Positions 57,393 to 64,000 of a stretch of 64,000 nt of DNA are shown here, piece after piece (the stretch's first letter is position 1; every line of letters starts with the position of its first letter). The position numbers were made by a program, and so were the translations under genes. The stretch covers positions 713,679 to 777,678 of the forward strand of contig CAVSWB010000001.1 in assembly GCA_963731635.1 (NCBI GenBank), in the 5' to 3' direction. This stretch comes from an uncultured Chloroflexia bacterium. Its GTDB lineage: Bacteria > Chloroflexota > Limnocylindria > Limnocylindrales > CSP1-4. The notes below the pieces were generated by a model. The model did no database searches, was not told the DNA's origin, and was given only the letters and a program-made list of their open reading frames with translations.

Positions 57393-58781
57393 CTAGGCTG
57401 TTGGGTGGCGGCTCAGGTCCGCGGGGCTGTTCATTGCGAGGCCGCGTCGCTTGCGTCGCAGACGTCTGGTCAGGAGCGACCAGCGGCCGATGATGACGAG
57501 CATCACCAGGATCGCCAGGCCGAATCCCAGGACCAGGCCGAGGTCGATGTAAGTGATCACGCGCAGCGTCGCCGATTGCGGCCGGGACAGCGCGACCTGG
57601 GTCGGCGGGGTCAGGGACGAGCCCAGGGAGAGCTTGTAGACGCCCCGCGGCAGGTTGTCGAACACGACGGTTCCGTCCGAACCCACCGACTTGCTGGTCA
57701 CGTCGCCGTTGGGATACGTGAGCTCCATCTTTCCGGAAACGGCGCCGCCCAGCAGGGCGTCCTGGGTACGGACCGTTAGTCCGTAGAGCAGGACCTGCAC
57801 GGTCCAGGTTCCGTTCTCGGTGGGAGTCCACGATTGCTGGCCGCGGTTCACGACGTCGGCGCCGTGCATCTTCACGGACAGGACGCGGTAAGTCACCGGC
57901 GACGGCAGCAGATTTTGCCCGGCCCGGATCGTGGTCGCGGCCGTCCACCAGACGTCGGAGAGCTTCGTTTGGGAGTTCAGGACGACGTCGTTCGCGCCGG
58001 TTCCGGTGCTGAATTCAGCGTCCGAGATCAGCGAGGGATCCACGGGCTGGTTGTTGAGGTCCACGTATTTGACGTTGGCGCGGTACGCCACCGAGAGGCC
58101 GATGATGTAGGTGGCAGGGCCGGTCACGACGATCGAACGATTGGCGGTGAAGACGTTGTCGACCCACCGAACGAAACTGGCCTTGACCGTTGGGTCGGCT
58201 GTGGTGGCCGGGTTCAGGTCCGACGAGAGCTCGTACGTTCCCGCCTGGGGCACCGGCAGCGCCGCCACTCCGTCGGGGCCGGTGAGTGCGCTGGCCGTGC
58301 CGAGGGTGAACCTCAGGCCGGCCAGCGGCGGCACCGTCTGGACCTGAATCGCGGCGGCGAGAACCGTGAGGGTCACGTTCACCGTCGATGCGAGGTAGAG
58401 ATGGGATCCGCTGTAGACCACCGTCAGCCGATAGGGCCCGGCTTGTGGCAGCCTCTTGCCCTCAATTGTGAAGGTGGCCGATCCGTGGGCGTCGGTGGAT
58501 TGGGATTGGAGCTGGTTGCCCTCCATGAAGAGGGTCACGTGCTCGCCTGCAAGGCGGTTGCCAAAGCGATCCCGAAGGACCGCGCCGACGAGTACGTTCT
58601 TGCCAAGCGCGCTACCCGTGGGAACCTGAGCCGTGATCGTCGTCGCGACCGGATTGACTTTCGCGGCGTCGACCTGCGGGGCGTGCGCCGCTCCAAGCGC
58701 GGAGACCAGGACGACGGCCAGCGTCAAAGCCGCGACGAAGCGGCCGGCGCGACTCCCGTTGTGACGATTTCTCTTGCTCAT
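57393..58781 (-). CDS. secreted Ig-like/CarboxypepD_reg-like multi-domain protein with a C-terminal TM anchor
   Basis: Signal peptide, beta-rich repeats (e.g. GEHVTLFMEGN...DAHGSATFTIEG, GKMELTYPNGD...GSDGTVVFDNLPRGVYKL), and TM LGLVLGFGLAILVMLVIIG. Confidence 0.6.
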   Translation of the reverse strand: MSKRNRHNGSRAGRFVAALTLAVVLVSALGAAHAPQVDAAKVNPVATTITAQVPTGSALGKNVLVGAVLRDRFGNRLAGEHVTLFMEGNQLQSQSTDAHGSATFTIEGKRLPQAGPYRLTVVYSGSHLYLASTVNVTLTVLAAAIQVQTVPPLAGLRFTLGTASALTGPDGVAALPVPQAGTYELSSDLNPATTADPTVKASFVRWVDNVFTANRSIVVTGPATYIIGLSVAYRANVKYVDLNNQPVDPSLISDAEFSTGTGANDVVLNSQTKLSDVWWTAATTIRAGQNLLPSPVTYRVLSVKMHGADVVNRGQQSWTPTENGTWTVQVLLYGLTVRTQDALLGGAVSGKMELTYPNGDVTSKSVGSDGTVVFDNLPRGVYKLSLGSSLTPPTQVALSRPQSATLRVITYIDLGLVLGFGLAILVMLVIIGRWSLLTRRLRRKRRGLAMNSPADLSRHPTA

Positions 58782-58788
58782 GTCGGCC

Positions 58789-60264
58789 TCACGCGCGGTG
58801 GAGCGCCTGGCGTCGCCAGGGGCGATGGAGGATCAATGCGCCGCAGAGGATCGCAATCGCGACGACCGCGGCGTATATGCCGAGCAGGAGCGGCCGGTTG
58901 TGGTCGTCCTGAGTCGGCTGTACCGGATAGGTCTGCGCCGGGAAGATCGGGGCCGCCGGCGGCTTGCTGAAGTCGAGGGCGTTGGAGATGCTGTTGGCAG
59001 TGGCATCGCGGCCGGTGAGCGGCGGCAGAGACCAGTTTTCCTCGATGAACTTCAAAACTGAAGTGAAGTCGTAGGTCGTGTTGTCGATCGTGCCCGACTT
59101 CGCGTAGGGCGAGACGATCAGGGCCGGGACACGGAAGCCGTAGCCGTCGGCATCGACCTGCGGCGGCACGACATGGTCGTACCAGCCACCCCAGTCATCC
59201 CACGACAGCACGAATACGCTGCTGTCCCAGGCCGAGCTCCGCATCAGGGAGGTGATGGTTGTCGCACCGAATGACTGGCCGACGGTGATGTCTCCGGGCG
59301 GATGCTCCGACAGGCCGCTCGGGGCCAGGTATGAGACTGCGGGGAGCGTCCCATTCTGGAGGTCGATGTAGTACTGCTGACATGTCGACGATGTGCGACG
59401 ACAGGGCCGGATCGTCGACGAAACGGGCGAAGTCGAGCAGCGGCGCCCATATCAGCTGGGCCGACTTGGCCGCCGCCGGATCGTGGTTGCGGAAGGTGAT
59501 CGTCGGGTCGTAGTTCTGGACGTAGAACTTCCACGAGACACCGGCCGCCTGGAGGTTGTCGAAGATCGTCTGGAAGTCGTAGCCGGTCGCCGGCAGGACG
59601 TTGCCGGGACCGCGTGCCGCGATCGCGTACATGTGGTTGATCTCGCTCGATCCCCAGGCCGAGCTGAAGAAGCGCTGGGCCAGGACGTAGTTGGACGCGA
59701 GGTTGTAGTAAAGCGGCAGGTCGGAGCCGTCGTAGTAACCCATGGTCAGGTTCGTCGGCAGGTTGTACTGCGCCTGTGCCGCGGAGAAGCCGTCCATCTT
59801 GCCGCCGTCGTAGGCGCGCAGCGCGGCTGCGGTGCCGTGGTTGAGATCCACGGTCCGATGGCTGGACAGGTGGAACCGGTCGACGCACTGGATGCTCGAA
59901 GGCGTGGGGTTCGGGATCGGCGTCGGCTTTGGCGTCGGGGCGGGAGTCGGACCCAGGCTTCGGTTCGGGCTCCGGCTCGAGCTTGCGCTCGCGCTGGGGC
60001 TTGGGCTGGGTGTTGCGATCGGGCTCGGGCTCGGGCTCGGGACTGGCGTCGGGATCCAGGGTGGCATGCACTGGGACGGCGGCTGATCCACTCCGGGAAG
60101 GCCGAGAAGTAGTTGTCGAAGGTGTGGTTCTCCTGCATCAGAAAGACCACGTGGTCGATCGGCTTCCCGGCCGCGCGGGCCGGCGTAGCCAGCGCAAGCG
60201 GGGCCGCGGCAAAGCCGAGGGCCATGATCGACGCAGCCGCGCGCGTGATCCGCGGGCTACCCAT
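58789..60264 (-). pseudogene. phospholipase C/acid phosphatase-type phosphoesterase, two frame changes (about 60085 and about 59385)
   Basis: Three pieces in two frames (the first and third share a frame). KPIDHVVFLMQENHTFDNYF..FP (ORF 59746..60264). VDQPPSQC...DLNHG...GYYDGSDLPLYYNLA...SWKFY (59195..60091). QQYYIDLQNGTLPAVSYL...WDDWGGWYDHV.PP..D..GYGFRVPALIVSPY (58789..59244, extended upstream). Confidence 0.75.
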
Positions 60265-61960
60265 GCAAGCGGGTTCTCATGGCCGCACCTCGTAGATCTT
60301 GATGACGATCTGCGTCGAGATCCGCGCCGGAGTCGTCGCGAACCTGAGCGTACTGCTGGTAGACGAGGAAGCCGTGGTAGCGGGTGACGTAGCGATTCAG
60401 CAACCCGGCGAAGAAGGGCGACCGTTGCGCCGACCAGATGTCGGTGGCGATGTACTGGATCTTGCTGAGCTGGAGGGCCCGGTCGGGGTTAAGGATCGGG
60501 TCGTACGCGGGGTTGCGGCGCAGCGGGTTAGGGCTGACAGACAGGCCGTACGCCTGACGCTGGCCGTAGAACTCGACGATGTTCCCCAGCGTCGGGCCGT
60601 TGTCAGGAACGCCGCGCCCTGGGGGACGTTTGCCCTGATCCACATGCCGGCCTCGCGACCACCCGGCAGGCCGCCGGTGCCGGCAAGCGAGCCGGTCATG
60701 GTCGTGCTGTTGACCGCCAGGGCCGTCGGTATCGCGATCGTTGCGATGGTCGCCGCCAGCAGTACGCCGATTGCGAATGGGGCGATGGACTGTCGCCGGC
60801 TCGCTGTCGGCCGTGCGCTGGCCGGCGCACCCGATTCGGGGGCTGAGCCAGCCGGTGCCCGAACGATGGCCTCGCGCCGATTTCGCCAGCCGGTCTCCGA
60901 ACTCGAAGAGGCGATCGAAGGCCAGGCCCACCAGGATGGCGATGGCGGGAGCAATCGGCAGCAGGTATTGGAAGCCCTTGACCGGCCATAGTTCGAAGAA
61001 GGCAATCGGGATGGCGATCCAGGCCACCAGCAGCCGATCCTCCCAGTGTCCACGGCGGATTGCCAGGAGAAGACCAGCGGCGCCGGCAACGACCACCAGC
61101 GGCCCCAGGGCCGTGGGAAGAACGTCCCAGTAGAACGTCCAGCCATGGTTCGGCTGGCGCAGGACCTCCCAGATGAAGAAGGCCTGGGCGGCGTCGGTGC
61201 CGCGCCCAATAAGGATGGCGGCCGGGTAGGGCCCGAAGGCGATCAGGAAGACGGCGAGCGCCACCACCAGCCGCTTGATCGACACGCGAACTTCCGGCGC
61301 CAGCAGCAGGAAGGCGACGATGACCGGCACGAGCAGAATGGCGGTTTCCTTGGCCAGGACTGTAAGGCCGGCGCCGAAGGCGGCGAAGTAGAGCCAACGC
61401 GCCTGGCCGCCGCGCGCGTAGCGGGCCAGCAGGTAGATCGTGAGCAGGAAGAGAGTGGTCTCCGGCCCGTCGAGCAACGCCTGCCGCGTCACGATCACGT
61501 GGTACGGCATCAGGGCCAGGACCGCAGCCGCGATCAGGCCCACGCGCTTGCTGTAGAGCAACGACCCGGTCGCGTACGCCAGCGCCACTCCGCCGAGGCC
61601 GAATACGACCGAGATCAGGCGCGGAGCGACGTCGCCGACGCCCGTCAGCCTGAATGCCACCGAGTCGAGGAACTGCACGAGCAGGGGATGGGCACGGAAT
61701 ATCGCGAACAGACCGCTGTAGATCGGGTCGGCGGCGAGAGCGGCGCCCTGGCCCGAGTAGACGGCCTCGTCGTTATTGAAGCCCACCGAGTTGATCGCCC
61801 ACAGCCTGACCGCGGCTGCGGCGATCAGTACCACGGCAAGACCCAGCCATGTTCGCGCGGCGACTCGAAGCTCGGCGAGAGCTCGTTCGCGGGTCATTGG
61901 GTAACCGGCGGCCCGGGGCACTCCTCTTGCCACGAGGCCGTCGTAGGGGCGCGGGTTCAT
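60257..61960 (-). pseudogene. GT39/ArnT-PMT-type polyprenyl-phosphate-sugar-dependent glycosyltransferase, two to three frame changes
   Basis: N-terminus NNDEAVYSGQG...multi-TM in frame 61960. The middle segment RRQSIAPFAIGVLLAAT...GGLPGGREAGMWIRANVPQGAAFLT is readable only in ORF 60397..61209. The original frame resumes at GPTLGNIVEFYGQR. An alternative tail ISTQIVIKIYEVRP* ends at 60277. Confidence 0.75.
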
Positions 61961-63669
61961 CGCAGTCTCCGGTGAAGGTCCTCCGGCTCGTACGCCGCCG
62001 CGGCAGCGTACTCACCCCCAAAAGGGAACGCAGGGGCCCCTTCCGATTCAACCGGCAACGCGCTTTCGACCGGCACGCCGACGTCGACAGGAATACCGAC
62101 ACGGCGGTCCGGCTCGATCGGAATTCCGACGGATCCGCCGACGCGTCCCTCCGCGATCAGCCGCGGCAGGAGTTCTCCCCACTCGTGGCCGCGGACGCGC
62201 AGACGCCAGATCGTGGCGTTCTGCATGGCCTGGGTGAGCAGTTCACGCTCGCGAGCCCTGAGCTGCTGGTAGTCGCGCCCGCCGATCACGAGGGTCGGCG
62301 CGAGCGTGGCAAAGGGTGGGAAGCCGTAAGCGTCGTCGGTGTTGTCGATGAGCTGGTCGATCGCGGCCTCGAGCTCGACCCGTTCCTGCACGACCGGCTC
62401 GCCGCGTTCCATGAGGAAGACGTTGTCGATCGGTGCCTCTGACGTGATCTGAGCCGCCAGCAGAGAGGTGATGTGGTACTTGGGCGGCGGAACCACGATC
62501 TGGAGGGCGCTGTTGATCGACATGATCGGCACGTTCAGGCTGCCGAGGCCCTTGCCGACGGTCCGGCCGCTCTTGGAGTGGACCCGGCTCTGGACCTGGA
62601 GCTGCATTCGCCGTTTGGGGCTGAGGGTGCTGGCGTCCACGGCCCGGGTCATGGTGTGATAGGAGAGCGTCATCGGCTTGGGGAAGGTCCGTACGCGGCC
62701 GGCGGGATCGATGATCGCCATGTCGTCAGAGATGAAGCCCCAGCCGCGTTCGCGGACCATGTTGATGACCGTGCTGGTCTTGCCGGTGTCGGTCTGGGCC
62801 GACAGCAAGCTGGCTCGGCCGTCGACGGCGAGGCCCGCCGAGTGGAGCAGGACGTAGCCCTTCGAGACGAGCACGAACCGCAGCAGGGCCTCCACCACGT
62901 TCGTGTACAGGACATGGACCGACAGGCCGAGGAGCGGCGAGGCTTCAATCTCTATCGGGCTGCCCATGGTCACGTTGAAGTCGGCGCCCAGGACGCCCAG
63001 GTGCTCGCGATAGGTGACTCGATCGCCGTCCCGCAGCAGCCGGATCCGCAGCTTCGGAACGGAACCGACCCGGCGGATCCGGATGCGGATGTCGGGCGGA
63101 GTGGTCGAGGGCGAGCGGAAGTAGGCGAGCTCGGGCAGCTCGGCATCGGAGTCGAGCCGGAGCAGGCCGCCGATGTCGTAGCGGTAGGTGGCCTCGTTGA
63201 CCCAGGCTGCAGTTCCTCGGGCTTCGGCCGGCGACGCCGCCTGGCCGTCGCGCTTCCAAACGAGACCGTCCGAGACCGCATAGCGCAGGACGAAGAGGCC
63301 GCCGAGGGTGACCAGGTTCGACCAGGCAGGACCGACGTGGACGAAGTCTGTCAGGAACCAGAGTGCCGGCACGCGCAACAACAACAGGGCGTTGTTCATG
63401 CCCGAGTAAGAGACATAGCGAACCCAGGCTCGGCCGACGAAGCGCCGGCCGGAGAAGGCCCAAAGCTCGTTGCCGAGGAAGTTCCAGGTCGTGGAGGCTT
63501 GCGTTGCGACGATAGCGGCGATCACGAACCAGATGGCCAGGCGATCGACGAAGGCAACGTAGAGGAACTCGTTGACGAGGATTCCGCTGAGGCCTACGAG
63601 CAGGAATTTGGCGAGCGGTGCAAAACGGGAGGCGACCGGAACGCCGGATCGCAACGTCAGGACCTTCAT
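61957..63669 (-). CDS. fusion protein: N-terminal GtrA-like 4-TM domain plus a C-terminal HprK-like P-loop kinase-fold domain
   Basis: GtrA part FLLVGLSGILVNEFLYVAFV...ATQASTTWNFLGNELWAF...LFVLRYAVSDGLVW. C-terminal part LLHSAGLAVDGRASLLSAQTDTGKTSTVINMV...GFISDDMAIIDPAGRVRTFPKPMTL resembles HPr-kinase/HprK-related kinase cores. Confidence 0.7.
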   Translation of the reverse strand: MKVLTLRSGVPVASRFAPLAKFLLVGLSGILVNEFLYVAFVDRLAIWFVIAAIVATQASTTWNFLGNELWAFSGRRFVGRAWVRYVSYSGMNNALLLLRVPALWFLTDFVHVGPAWSNLVTLGGLFVLRYAVSDGLVWKRDGQAASPAEARGTAAWVNEATYRYDIGGLLRLDSDAELPELAYFRSPSTTPPDIRIRIRRVGSVPKLRIRLLRDGDRVTYREHLGVLGADFNVTMGSPIEIEASPLLGLSVHVLYTNVVEALLRFVLVSKGYVLLHSAGLAVDGRASLLSAQTDTGKTSTVINMVRERGWGFISDDMAIIDPAGRVRTFPKPMTLSYHTMTRAVDASTLSPKRRMQLQVQSRVHSKSGRTVGKGLGSLNVPIMSINSALQIVVPPPKYHITSLLAAQITSEAPIDNVFLMERGEPVVQERVELEAAIDQLIDNTDDAYGFPPFATLAPTLVIGGRDYQQLRARERELLTQAMQNATIWRLRVRGHEWGELLPRLIAEGRVGGSVGIPIEPDRRVGIPVDVGVPVESALPVESEGAPAFPFGGEYAAAAAYEPEDLHRRLR

Positions 63670-63914
63670 GGAGAGGTACCCCCGTCGGGTGCGCCAAAAG
63701 GCGGGATGGGACGCTGGAATAGCTTGCGTCGATGAGGACGACTAGGCAGATCGAGTGGGCCGACCGTCACAGCTTTGCCCCGGCAGAGGGCGATTCGTGT
63801 GGTCTCCCTGGGCTTGAGAACTGCGCATTAGCTGGCTCCGTAGTCCGATCTCGAACCAGGTTCCGGCCTTGACGGAACCCTAGCAGAGAGGCTTCCGGTA
63901 ACCAATAGCACCTC

Positions 63915-63943
63915 ACTTAATGTTCCGTGGTGTGGGGCGTCAA
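63915..63943 (-). promoter_or_regulatory. candidate sigma-70-type promoter for the 63.7-55.4 kb operon
   Basis: Minus strand TTGACG (63938-63943)-N17-TTAAGT (63915-63920) in a locally AT-richer patch. It would give a ~240-nt leader. Confidence 0.35.
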
Positions 63944-64000
63944 TGGCTCCCTATGGGTAGGTTTCTGGATTCGTCTCACCCGTCGGAGCGGGTGGGGCCG

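Noticed and set aside
63780-63900. A tRNA-like T-arm sequence (ctggttcgagatcgg) in the terminal spacer.
   Set aside because: The flanks do not form acceptor, D or anticodon stems, and the T-stem halves are not complementary.

Overview
This is a visibly GC-rich stretch of bacterial chromosome (about two-thirds to 70% G+C, judged by eye and not computed). It has the look of an Actinomycetota- or Chloroflexota-like genome: P/T/A-rich linkers, many GTG/TTG starts, and long spurious antisense ORFs. I found no rRNA, tRNA, CRISPR array, transposase, integrase or phage genes.

Most of the window is core metabolism arranged in tight operons:
- A TPP-riboswitch-controlled thiamine salvage operon, thiD(frameshifted)-thiM-thiE-thiL-cytX-like permease (4.5-9.5 kb).
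- cydAB (19.4-21.8 kb).
- A minus-strand dapB-dapA-dapD-lysA operon (21.9-25.8 kb).
- metY-metX (28.7-31.2 kb).
- panE-like, plsY, a 167-aa unknown and a TPR protein (32.7-37.2 kb).
- Assorted enzymes, regulators and lipoproteins.

The parts most worth a second look:
1. A MarR-linked pair of ABC exporter genes (46.5-50.4 kb) whose coding signal jumps frame at least 20 times, although the peptide fragments look almost unmutated.
2. A translationally coupled minus-strand envelope operon (55.4-63.7 kb). It encodes a GtrA::HprK-like-kinase fusion, a GT39 glycosyltransferase, a phospholipase-C-type phosphoesterase, an Ig-like membrane protein, a GH99-like protein and a small anchored protein. A second GH99-like lipoprotein and a second phosphoesterase lie next to it. 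Two of the operon genes carry frameshifts.
3. A cassette of membrane protein, WYL regulator and SAMHD1-like HD phosphohydrolase (12.0-15.7 kb).
4. A Kelch propeller protein with three tandem copies of an unassigned ~120-aa module.
5. Unexplained leader and intergenic structures upstream of the dap and met operons and in a convergent spacer near 10.2 kb.

I cannot tell from sequence alone whether the frameshifts are biological or assembly errors. Function calls come from recognising motifs in the supplied translations, not from database searches.
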